A stretch of DNA of 53,280 nt, taken from positions 1 to 53,280 of IMG/VR virus record IMGVR_UViG_3300042549_001343; one strand, written 5' to 3'. Shown piece by piece: positions 35,801 through 43,905 of the stretch. How positions within the stretch are numbered: position 1 is the first letter of the stretch; each line of letters opens with the position of its first letter. A program made the translations under genes and the position numbers. This DNA comes from a virus (taxonomy: Duplodnaviria > Caudoviricetes). Under the pieces are notes generated by a model. That model was not told where the DNA came from. It was given only the letters and a program-made list of their open reading frames with translations, and did not search any database.

Positions 35801-38800
35801 TCCATCAATCTCCATGACTTTGACTGAGTCTTTTCCAGCAATAGTCTTGGCAACAGACGGAACGATGGTGTTGTAGAACTCACGCATACCAGCGCCGCCA
35901 ATATCAAGTTGCTCGCCGCGAATAACTCTTGCTCCGCCGCCAATTTCTCCAACATCATCGGCAATCATCTTGGCTATATCCTTTCCGTATGTTCTACGGA
36001 TGGTGTCCAAGTCCATCTTGCCGCTTCCCTGCATTATCTCCATGTCATCTTTTACAGCCGTGATCTCGTATGTTTTTCCATCCTCGTATGCGTCATAGTA
36101 AATCTCATCTACAGCTTTAGATAGCCTGTACCTTTGGTTCTGTTGATCTCCAGTAGTCCACGCAACCCGGTCAATGCCCTTGGTTTGAGCGTAAGCAATA
36201 GCCCTTTTGAGGAGTAAAGATGCCCATGACTTTGTGTCTTTAATGAATGGGGCTTCAGGAACGCCGACACCCAAGGCTGACTTTATTGCCTCTTCTTTGG
36301 TGTTGCCATAAAGCCCAACCTGCCGCCTTGCGGATTCATCGAATACATACCAACCGTTTTTTTCATCTTTATAAACCTCAAACCCTGCTGGTAACTCTGT
36401 TCTTTTAGAGTCGGCAAAACCTTGTTCTCGCCCCTCTTGCGCTCTTTGGCTTTGGATTTCCTCCAAGAACAAAACATCATTACCCTCAGCATCCTTACGA
36501 ACATTGGTTCTCAACCATCCAATATGCTTGCCATATGCAAGATCACCAAAATGAATGGTGTCTTCTTCTTTGTACGGCTGGATACTTGGGTCTGTCAATA
36601 TTATTTCTGCATAGTCTCTTCCTCCGGGAAGAACGGTTGGCATGCTGCCGGTCGGCCTGTTGTACTTTGCTGTCAGCCTATCTTTTGCCCTAGCAAGAGA
36701 TCGCTCATAACCTCTAATATGCTCACGGTTAAACCTCACCAAAGAGGCATTGTCCTTTATCCATTGCTTGGCCTCTTCGCCAGTTAAGCTATCTGGATCT
36801 ATAAACCACTGTGGGTTTTCATCTTCGTATTGAGCGTCAACTATGCCAATGTAGTCATAGTGTTTTTCCATTTCGTCCCTGACGAACTCACGGTAGTCCT
36901 CCTCCGTGGGATCTTTGTATTCAGGAAGCGCAACAGATGGGTTGTCTGTCAATATGATGTCGTTGAGCTTGACCTTATTGCCAGCAATCCAATTCAGGAT
37001 AGTCTGCTTTTCGACCTTGCTTTCTTGTAGATCAAGCCACTCCTCAATACCAGTCCACTCGATCTCAGCATTCTTGATGCCGAGCTTAGACTTGTTTGAA
37101 TTGAGCCATGCCTTCCACTGCTGGGCAGGCATAGATGTCTGTTTGACAGATTCAAAGCCACGCTCCATTGCAGAGTAGAAGGTCTCAGTACCCTCTTTCT
37201 TTGTGCTGAACTGGATGCCTGCCTCTGGCTGGGCCGCCGCTTCTTGCGCTGCTGGCTGGATGTTTCCAAGAACATCAGCAACTGCACGACGCACAGCATT
37301 CAAATCTGTCACCAGATTCTTTGAGCCAAGGCTCTGGTCTCCACGAAGTTTTGCAATGACGTTGTCAATGAAGTCCATGACAATACGAGCAACCTGCTCG
37401 AACATGGTTGGGTTGTCATCAGCAAGCATCTGCCAGAAAGCGGACTCACCAAATCTGTCGCCAACAATATCTCCAATGGCTTCTTCCAAAATCAACGCAG
37501 GGTCTTTCACGCCCTCTTTGCCCATGACCATTGCATAGTCCAGCATTCCCGCCTGATCTAACAATGGAGTCAGCGAGTTAACCAACCTTCTGTAGGTGGC
37601 GTTATTGGATGCACGGAGCGAATGCACAAGCTCATGGCCGAATATGCGAATGTGTGGACGGCTACTGTTTATGTTGATGAAGATGGTGTCCGACCCCGAG
37701 AGGACTGCCCCGTCGAAGTCATTGACACTTCCCTCCTCCACTGCAAAATAGATAGGCTTTTTTCCGAACAGAGCGGCAACTCGTTGGACGGCAGAGATGC
37801 CGGGAACCTTTCCAACAATATCGCCCAGAGGAACTCTTTTCGCTGAGAAGGTTGCTGTGCTTCCTTGTCTTTTGAGGTAGGCTCTGACTTCGCTGTTGAG
37901 ATCGTCAACCGTTTTGAGCTTGGCATAACTAAAGTCCCTTCCAGTGGTGGTCGTTTGTTGCTCTCTACCCATGCTGAACTTAGCGCCAGCACCAGCGCCG
38001 AGATTGTCTTCAGCAGTCTTCTTCATCTGGGAGACTGCTCCAGCCAAGTCGCCGTCATCAACCATTTTGCTCAGCTTGACCACATCTTCTAAGTCAAGGC
38101 CGCTCTCTTCATACGCTTTGTTAATGCGCTCCTTAACACGAGCTTGTAGTGCAGGGTCAACTGCTGGCTTTGCTGGTGTTACTTCTTGCGGCTTCGCCCC
38201 GCCTTCGACAGGCTGATCGCCACGGCCTGTTTCACCGCCGCCTGTTTGTTCTTTGGCTGTGACGACCCGATCTTCCCTGACTTCTGGAAGTCCCCCACCA
38301 ACGTCTTCACGTTTTGGCTGACCACCTTTTGTGACTTGCCTTTTTTGAGTGGCATCTGTTTCTCCTTGTTTTGATTTGTAGTCACTGACCAATCTATCGA
38401 ACGCATCCCCGGCCTGCTGAAGAACAGCCTGATCTGTCTCTCCGTTGTCAGTGAGGGTGTCAATCGTGTTTTGTCGATATGCGCCCAGAGCCTCATCTAA
38501 TGAAGCGTACTCCCCAACTTGGTCAATTGCCGTATCAAAATTTGTTTTGACGACACCAGTAAATTCGGCTCTTTGTGGTTGAGCCTGTGCACCCGCCGTG
38601 ACGGCTGGCGCTGCAACAACAGGAGCGGCGGCCTTGCCCTTCTTTGGTTTTGTTGGCTTGGCTGTAGTGGCGGCTGGCGTTTCGACTGGTGCGGCTGGCG
38701 CAGCAGCAGTGACTTCTGGAGCAACGGTAGGAACAACCTCTGCTGGTTTCTTGCGTGACTCTACAAAGAAGAACGTGCCACCGCCTTCAGCTTTAGAGCG

Positions 38801-40786
38801 TTTGCCCTGACGGATGCGAGCCTCAAGACCCTGTCCGGCAAGGGTAGTCTGTGCGTAACCACCACTGCGCTTGCTTGTCTCTTTGTCCACAGGGCCAAGC
38901 AGAAAAGTCTCGGCGGCCTGCAATGATGGGAATCTGTTCCCGACCGGGCCTTTGTCTGTCGTGATACCAACCAAAGGCTCGAAGCCCTCTTGTCTGGCGA
39001 CCAAGTCTTCAGGAGACAGGGCGACCGTACCAGCCTGACCGCCGGTTGTTTCTGGAAGGATGACCGGCTGAGCTTCACCTTCAAGGGTGCGTGTCTCCAA
39101 GTTGGGTGTGACGCTGGCTCGCTGGATGACAGGCTCAATTGCGCCAGTGCTTCCACCCACTGCGGTAGAGGCCGTCTCGTCAAATGCAGCGAGGATGTCT
39201 GCCTCACGTTGCTTTCTGGTTTCAGCTCTGACTTCAGGAGTTGGGGCTTCCAATTCAACCAGCATGCGCTGTGTTGCCAAAGCCTTAACGATGACATCTT
39301 GGAACCTTGGGTCATCACCAGACTCAATGTTGTTGGCCTGAAGGATCGGGCCAATTCTTTCGTCGTCGAACATTGCATCGAACAATTCCTGACGGCCATC
39401 GTCAGAAGTCATGTCAGCTTTGGCTTGATCCAGAATCTGTCGGACTCTGTCGGGGGATGTCTTGCCATCTCGGAATGCACCGACCACAGCACCGACCGTA
39501 CCACCGCCCAAGCCACCCAATGCAAACGCATTGATGTACTCGTTCATAGCATCCTCGCCGGTCAGGGTTTTGCCTGCACCGAAACGCTCGATGGCTGTCT
39601 GGAATAATTCTTGGCCGCCTTCGATGCCAACACCAGCCGCGCCACCAATCAGCGCACGACCGGGACGGCCAGCGCCGGGGATATTGATCTTGCCAGCCGC
39701 AACGCCCAAGCCAAGGCGATCAACCGCCGCCTCAGACAGACCGGCAATAACGCCAGAGCCAAAGATGCGAGCCAAGTCGCCGCCATCTAACTCACGGCCT
39801 TCTTTGCCAGCTTGCTCTTCTGCTTCGCCGTAGATACCGCCAGTTGACTTGATGATCCCAGAGCCAGCCAAAGCAGTAGTAGAACCAATGTTCTTTGCCA
39901 CATTCTTTGTGGCTTCCTTCAGCATCACATCTGTCGCCGTATCAACTCCAGCCTTCTCTGCCAGACGAGCAGCTTCCTTGGCAACCATGCCCTCGATGAG
40001 ATTCTTGGCTACGGTTTTGGTTGCTTCTTTTCCAACAGCACCAGCAACAGCACCGCCTACAGCGCCAACAGGCGCGGCAGGGCCAGAGACAGCAGCACCA
40101 GCAAAAGCACCGAGAGCAGACGTAGCTACAGTCTCAACGATGTTTCCACCAAGGTAGCCAACGCCATACTGCGCCCAGTCAACCAGCGCACCAAGGTCTC
40201 CCTGCTTTGCTTTGGCCCAAGCCTTGGTTACATCATCTGTCTCTTTGGCTGTTGCGCCGATCTCTTTCATTCTGGTCTGGTACTCGCTGAGACCAAACTT
40301 CTTGAGGGAGGACATTGAGCCGCCCTCTCCAAAGAGCTTCTCTCCAGCGGCTCCGGCAAATCCAAGTGCGCCGTATGCCAGTGCTGGTGTTTGCTCTAGC
40401 GCTACAGCACCACCTCGCAAAAAGTCGCCGGTATCTTCGGCAGGCTTTGCGGCAACAGGCTCTGTAGATGGAACAGTCATCCCAAACTTAGAGTCAAGGA
40501 TGTTGGAAAGGCTCTGTCTTTTTTCCTGCGGTTGTCCAACATCAGCAGTAGTCTGAGGTGCAGGCGCACTTAACTTTGCGTCAAGGATACTAGCTAATGA
40601 CATCTTCCCATCTGCCGCAGGGACTGGGGCGGCGGATGTAGATGGAGCAGTCAGGGCTGTTCTTGGTGCAGGCTCGAACCCCTTCGACCTTGGAAGAACC
40701 TCGGTGGACAGCGCCTCCTCTTTAGATAAATAAAGAGGGTTTTCTTCTGTTTCATCTAGCCCAAGTAAAGACAGACCTGTTCCCAT
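32834..40786 (-). CDS. 2650-aa polyvalent ejection protein (zincin HExxH peptidase, EIQS/GNAT-like domain, LPD38-like C-terminus)
   Basis: Gly/Ala hydrophobic N-region; GHELVH at 37622-37639 with downstream EEAIGD; LFLEEIQS...APF...LLKRAIAYA; W.RD.FFW.....RIPKPFE.G. Confidence 0.85.
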   Translation of the reverse strand: MGTGLSLLGLDETEENPLYLSKEEALSTEVLPRSKGFEPAPRTALTAPSTSAAPVPAADGKMSLASILDAKLSAPAPQTTADVGQPQEKRQSLSNILDSKFGMTVPSTEPVAAKPAEDTGDFLRGGAVALEQTPALAYGALGFAGAAGEKLFGEGGSMSSLKKFGLSEYQTRMKEIGATAKETDDVTKAWAKAKQGDLGALVDWAQYGVGYLGGNIVETVATSALGAFAGAAVSGPAAPVGAVGGAVAGAVGKEATKTVAKNLIEGMVAKEAARLAEKAGVDTATDVMLKEATKNVAKNIGSTTALAGSGIIKSTGGIYGEAEEQAGKEGRELDGGDLARIFGSGVIAGLSEAAVDRLGLGVAAGKINIPGAGRPGRALIGGAAGVGIEGGQELFQTAIERFGAGKTLTGEDAMNEYINAFALGGLGGGTVGAVVGAFRDGKTSPDRVRQILDQAKADMTSDDGRQELFDAMFDDERIGPILQANNIESGDDPRFQDVIVKALATQRMLVELEAPTPEVRAETRKQREADILAAFDETASTAVGGSTGAIEPVIQRASVTPNLETRTLEGEAQPVILPETTGGQAGTVALSPEDLVARQEGFEPLVGITTDKGPVGNRFPSLQAAETFLLGPVDKETSKRSGGYAQTTLAGQGLEARIRQGKRSKAEGGGTFFFVESRKKPAEVVPTVAPEVTAAAPAAPVETPAATTAKPTKPKKGKAAAPVVAAPAVTAGAQAQPQRAEFTGVVKTNFDTAIDQVGEYASLDEALGAYRQNTIDTLTDNGETDQAVLQQAGDAFDRLVSDYKSKQGETDATQKRQVTKGGQPKREDVGGGLPEVREDRVVTAKEQTGGGETGRGDQPVEGGAKPQEVTPAKPAVDPALQARVKERINKAYEESGLDLEDVVKLSKMVDDGDLAGAVSQMKKTAEDNLGAGAGAKFSMGREQQTTTTGRDFSYAKLKTVDDLNSEVRAYLKRQGSTATFSAKRVPLGDIVGKVPGISAVQRVAALFGKKPIYFAVEEGSVNDFDGAVLSGSDTIFININSSRPHIRIFGHELVHSLRASNNATYRRLVNSLTPLLDQAGMLDYAMVMGKEGVKDPALILEEAIGDIVGDRFGESAFWQMLADDNPTMFEQVARIVMDFIDNVIAKLRGDQSLGSKNLVTDLNAVRRAVADVLGNIQPAAQEAAAQPEAGIQFSTKKEGTETFYSAMERGFESVKQTSMPAQQWKAWLNSNKSKLGIKNAEIEWTGIEEWLDLQESKVEKQTILNWIAGNKVKLNDIILTDNPSVALPEYKDPTEEDYREFVRDEMEKHYDYIGIVDAQYEDENPQWFIDPDSLTGEEAKQWIKDNASLVRFNREHIRGYERSLARAKDRLTAKYNRPTGSMPTVLPGGRDYAEIILTDPSIQPYKEEDTIHFGDLAYGKHIGWLRTNVRKDAEGNDVLFLEEIQSQRAQEGREQGFADSKRTELPAGFEVYKDEKNGWYVFDESARRQVGLYGNTKEEAIKSALGVGVPEAPFIKDTKSWASLLLKRAIAYAQTKGIDRVAWTTGDQQNQRYRLSKAVDEIYYDAYEDGKTYEITAVKDDMEIMQGSGKMDLDTIRRTYGKDIAKMIADDVGEIGGGARVIRGEQLDIGGAGMREFYNTIVPSVAKTIAGKDSVKVMEIDGTGQQLGFVIPESLQEQVANDGFPMFSRKRYEEQFSDVSPDTRDRALKKGFYSPPTIKERLDHLRPNFALRIVQGTFDKFRSVRDISQKAYMMLRMSTGSQDGAVSTLLHYGQVFNDDGALNVKKGTQGLLEILDPVGGEVDRFLLWIAANRAAALSKDERERFFSPEDIKSLRGLNMGTMKNGKSRLAIYAETLKNMNELNRSVLDVARDTGLIDAEGYKRFAADIWYIPFYRQMEDDGSLSAAQTSSGAVGQYLSKKLKGSERPLNDLMENVLMNWTHILSASMKNQAAVETLTSATQMGDVVTKLERQEKGAVKVMEKGVETFYRIDDEFLLTSLSAVAQMPSYGWGMDIMRGFKTTLTRFISLSPTFKINNLIRDSIQSIGLSELSRSPIGNVLQGWRAYKNERAEALAGGGLFAMGNAFDGDQSASVKRLLKTGVNKADILDTPEKVASFFGKIQDKYDEISDASENANRLALYQQLRAKGASHLEASYAARDLQDFSLQGSYSAIRYAAQVLPYFNARLQGMYKLGRDGLDPTMQVLTGKASDTERQKAAKFATVTGAVVAAAMILYLSQKDDEDWKKREDWDRDAFFWFKLPGTDKAVRIPKPFEMGAIATLVERVTEQMVDSQVEGKVFGKRLLAVLHDTFAVNPIPQAIRPLYDIARNKDGFTDRPIESMGMERISVENRVSPGTSAAAVAISTVNGMFAEFASKATGGAISTQSSQLSAIQYDYMIKGYLGWVGSVIQTSSNMMAAPFKDGASSRYERIDDFLVVGNFVKTVPQAQSRYVTSFYENSKDVATASADVSHFLNAGQFDKANEIYIEKSDKLALAKLYTKGTNMMSSISNQIKMVEDDKTMSGAEKRLEIERLQQVRIQIAKSVEDMRVGSKKKFADGGVVKFDPESEDYDYDTAVSAGLGPDGKDENAGHWGSVTKASAEDKKKYGLPDGSYVVLKGRKHETWDKAEEAERERGSEIVKMGDRYYSVPKK
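38179..38355 (-). CDS. Overprinted 58-aa basic protein (MPLKKGKSQKVVSQNV...QAVAISLSKAGRSRKK)
   Basis: Strong RBS AAGGAG 6 nt before the ATG; resembles a widespread small phage protein family; alternative frame inside the giant gene. Confidence 0.8.
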   Translation of the reverse strand: MPLKKGKSQKVVSQNVKTLVGDFQKSGKIGSSQPKNKQAAVKQAVAISLSKAGRSRKK

Positions 40787-40795
40787 TGTTGCCTC

Positions 40796-42103
40796 TTAAT
40801 CTATGTAGATTTGACTTCCGCCGTAGCTGAAGTAGCTGCGACCGGACTTATCTTTCAAAACACTCGGGTATGTCGTTGACGCAGATTTCGCCGCCCCAAT
40901 GATAATCCTTGGATCAATCTTTGGATTTAAAGAGGCCAAACCAACAGCGTAGTTTCTTGATCTTGTGTCTGCTGCAACCAACGCTTCCAAGGACTTTTTC
41001 TCAGCATCTGTCTTGCCAAGCAAATCCTCCGGCTTAAACATTTTGTCAGCGTACGGGAAGCTCTTATCAATCGTCTCGGCTTTAGCTTTTGCATCTGCCC
41101 CTTTGACCTGATCGCCAAGAGCAATCCTCTGGGCGTTTCTAAATGCCAGCGTAGCCCCGGCCTCTTTATCTTTAATGTCAAGCTCACGTTTTTTAAGTTT
41201 GACATCTTCCTTACGATTGGCTTCGGCAATCGATAAGTCTTCAGCACGTTTTTGTGAATTAATGTTCAACTCAAGAACTTGCGCTGGGGTTAGTTGATTC
41301 AACGCAGATAGCATTGACTGCTGATTCATGGGGCGCATCGAAACTTCGCCTGTCTTGTCGTCAACAACAGCTAGGTTGTATGTGTTGGTCTTTGCATCAA
41401 ATGTGGTTTTCTTTGGATCAATGGATTTTCCATCATCAACAAATCCATAGACCTTTTTGAGTGCAGGCACTACCTGATCGGGAGAAGCGCCAGCCATAAC
41501 AAGAGCCGCAGTTTTCTTGCGCTGAAGCTCGTATCCTTCTTCTTCCATCTTCTTAATGTCTCGATCAACCAGCATAGCTGCGCCAAAATCTCCCTTGTTA
41601 ATGAGCGACTTCTTCATTGCCTCACCAATTAATTGGTACTTCAAGTTGTCAGCAGCACGTTGATCTGCGTACAAACCTTCACCGCCCTGCTTGAAGATGT
41701 TCTCTTCTTGCGGGGTGACCGAGGCCGTCTGGGTCTCATCAACTGTTCGCCCAAGTCTTCGAGCCTCCGCTCGGTCGTAACTCATGTCTGATTTCTGTTC
41801 GACAGATTGAGTGGCCTGCTGCACTTCCTGAACCTTTGTTGGGTCTGCAAGTTTTGCAAACGCACCACGTCCAAACCTTGCATCCTCCATTACGGTGAGA
41901 GCTTCTTTCTTGGCTTCGTCAGCAACCCGCTGTTGCTCCATCTCACGCTCAGCCCTTGTCTTCTCCATAGCGTAACGCTCTTGCTCCATAGCAAAGCGTT
42001 CGTCATCTCGTTTTTGAAGAGCCTCTCTGCGCTCCATCTCTTTGACTGTCGAGTAGCCCTTGACAGCGCCTTCAACAAAACTTCCTAATCCTGTTGCCAT
42101 CAT
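40796..42103 (-). CDS. Internal virion/ejection protein
   Basis: GLGSFVEG N-terminus and coiled coil; between other ejection genes. Confidence 0.75.
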   Translation of the reverse strand: MMATGLGSFVEGAVKGYSTVKEMERREALQKRDDERFAMEQERYAMEKTRAEREMEQQRVADEAKKEALTVMEDARFGRGAFAKLADPTKVQEVQQATQSVEQKSDMSYDRAEARRLGRTVDETQTASVTPQEENIFKQGGEGLYADQRAADNLKYQLIGEAMKKSLINKGDFGAAMLVDRDIKKMEEEGYELQRKKTAALVMAGASPDQVVPALKKVYGFVDDGKSIDPKKTTFDAKTNTYNLAVVDDKTGEVSMRPMNQQSMLSALNQLTPAQVLELNINSQKRAEDLSIAEANRKEDVKLKKRELDIKDKEAGATLAFRNAQRIALGDQVKGADAKAKAETIDKSFPYADKMFKPEDLLGKTDAEKKSLEALVAADTRSRNYAVGLASLNPKIDPRIIIGAAKSASTTYPSVLKDKSGRSYFSYGGSQIYID

Positions 42104-43275
42104 GCGCTCCTTTTGTTAAGTGCCCGGCGGCGCTGAGTTGCGGCAGGCGTGTGTGTTTTCTTAACCAGCTTGTCGAGCTTCTTCACCCCGATAGCTTTAA
42201 CTGTGTCGGCTGGTAAGACGTACTCACCATCAGACAGCATGGCTGGTATCTTGTCATCAACAGGCCCGCCGGGGCCAGACACCTTCCCACGTCGGCCAAG
42301 GCGTTTTGTGCTGCCGCCATCTGCCAGTTTGACAGAACTTCCGAGTTTTCCGCCAAATGCTCCACCCATAGGGCCAGCAAAGTACATACCAGCGGCTTGA
42401 CCAACAGCACCCAACATCGCGCCTTTGCTTGCTTGCTGTGACTCGTATGCACCCATCCGAGCATTGAACTCTTGGCCGTAGATGTTTCCTGCTGTTCCAA
42501 AAGACGAGGAGGCTCCGCCCAACATCTGTCCTGCCTGTCCATAAGATTTACCCATGTACTCAGCCGGTGCTTGGAAAGATCCGCCTGCCGATGTGCCTGC
42601 GGCTGCTGCTGTGCCTGCGGCAGCAGTTGCGTTTGAAGCCAAGCCACGACCAAGGGCGGCGGCATCATACAAACGGGCACGACCCATCTCCTCTGCGGCA
42701 ATCCTTGACTTTGTGGCTACGCCTGCACGGGCGGCTGCCTCGCCTTGACCAAGCTGAGCATTGATGGCTGCAAACCTTGCTGAGTTCGGATTGATGCCGT
42801 ACTTCGCCATTGTGTCCAAGGCCTGTTGGCGTTGCATCTGGTAAGCCTGAGCCACGTCAGCCATACCCTGAGATGCCAACTCTTCTTGTTTAGCGGGAGT
42901 TGCATATGCCTCGGCTTCAGAAACAAGGCGCTTCTCCAATGGGCGGAATGTCTCCCGCTCGTAGGCAGCATACTCTTCGCCACGAGCAGCAGTGTCCGAC
43001 ATGATTTTCTTCTGGGCCTGAGCAATCTCTTTCAGGTCGTCTTTAAAATCTGCATACTGCTCTTTGGAGAAGTTCAAATACTCCATCGCAGTATCTCTTT
43101 GCATACGCCCAACTTCAGCCGAGGCTTCTGCGGCAGCAATCTGTCCGGGATTGGGATCTGGAGCATCGTCGCCGCCAAGATCAAAATGGCAAGCTAGTGC
43201 CGCACATGCCCCGCCTTGCTCTATAAGGAAGTCAAGTTTTGCTTGAGCAAGTTGTTTCTTGGTTTTGACTTTCAT
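42100..43275 (-). CDS. Internal virion/ejection (pilot-like) protein
   Basis: Ala/Gly/Gln-rich; C-terminal LADGG...GPGGPVDDKIPAMLSDGEYV domain. Confidence 0.8.
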   Translation of the reverse strand: MKVKTKKQLAQAKLDFLIEQGGACAALACHFDLGGDDAPDPNPGQIAAAEASAEVGRMQRDTAMEYLNFSKEQYADFKDDLKEIAQAQKKIMSDTAARGEEYAAYERETFRPLEKRLVSEAEAYATPAKQEELASQGMADVAQAYQMQRQQALDTMAKYGINPNSARFAAINAQLGQGEAAARAGVATKSRIAAEEMGRARLYDAAALGRGLASNATAAAGTAAAAGTSAGGSFQAPAEYMGKSYGQAGQMLGGASSSFGTAGNIYGQEFNARMGAYESQQASKGAMLGAVGQAAGMYFAGPMGGAFGGKLGSSVKLADGGSTKRLGRRGKVSGPGGPVDDKIPAMLSDGEYVLPADTVKAIGVKKLDKLVKKTHTPAATQRRRALNKRSA

Positions 43276-43712
43276 TTCATTTCCTTCATAAAGTTTTCTA
43301 ACTTATCTTTCTGTGAGCGTAGTCGAAGCTCTGGGCCGACCTCTGCCGCCCACTCAGCGCCACCAATTGCTGATGCCAAATACAAAGCGATGTCTGATAT
43401 TGAATAGCGAATGACGTGGGCAATTTGTTTTGCGTGATCGTCGCCAGTCTGTAGTTTGTTGGCAACGTGCCAGTTGATTATTCCGGTACTCATTACAGCA
43501 GTGATGTCCAACTGATACCTGCGGTATGCTGGGTTTCTTGGCATCTCAACAAGCATCATCCAAAAGACTTGGTTGATTTCCTCGTCTGTTACCGGCTTGT
43601 CTTTGTCAATCAGGTTGTCCCATACGTCAGTGATCTTTACAACAGAAAGCACAAGACCTACAGCATCCATGTCTCCACGCATTGCAAATTTCAAAAACTC
43701 TATGTCATTCAT
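43272..43712 (-). CDS. Conserved hypothetical protein (WDNLIDKD motif)
   Basis: Coupled between nozzle and ejection genes. Confidence 0.75.
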   Translation of the reverse strand: MNDIEFLKFAMRGDMDAVGLVLSVVKITDVWDNLIDKDKPVTDEEINQVFWMMLVEMPRNPAYRRYQLDITAVMSTGIINWHVANKLQTGDDHAKQIAHVIRYSISDIALYLASAIGGAEWAAEVGPELRLRSQKDKLENFMKEMK

Positions 43713-43905
43713 GGAAGTTCAACCTGAGGATAATTTCGTTTATCTTTGCAACTGCCTGAGTAAGAGTTGCATCTGTCGGTAATGTAGTCAACAACCCTTG
43801 ACGAGTGCCATTGATGATCTCGATGTTCTCTTTCATCGGAGCCAGTACCGCCGCAAGAGACGCATCCTTGATCGGCAGTAAGCTGGGGATAGCTGGCTTT
43901 CTCAT
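43705..43905 (-). CDS. Small virion-associated protein
   Basis: MRKPAIP...AKINEII.RL; coupled to the nozzle gene. Confidence 0.7.
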   Translation of the reverse strand: MRKPAIPSLLPIKDASLAAVLAPMKENIEIINGTRQGLLTTLPTDATLTQAVAKINEIILRLNFHE

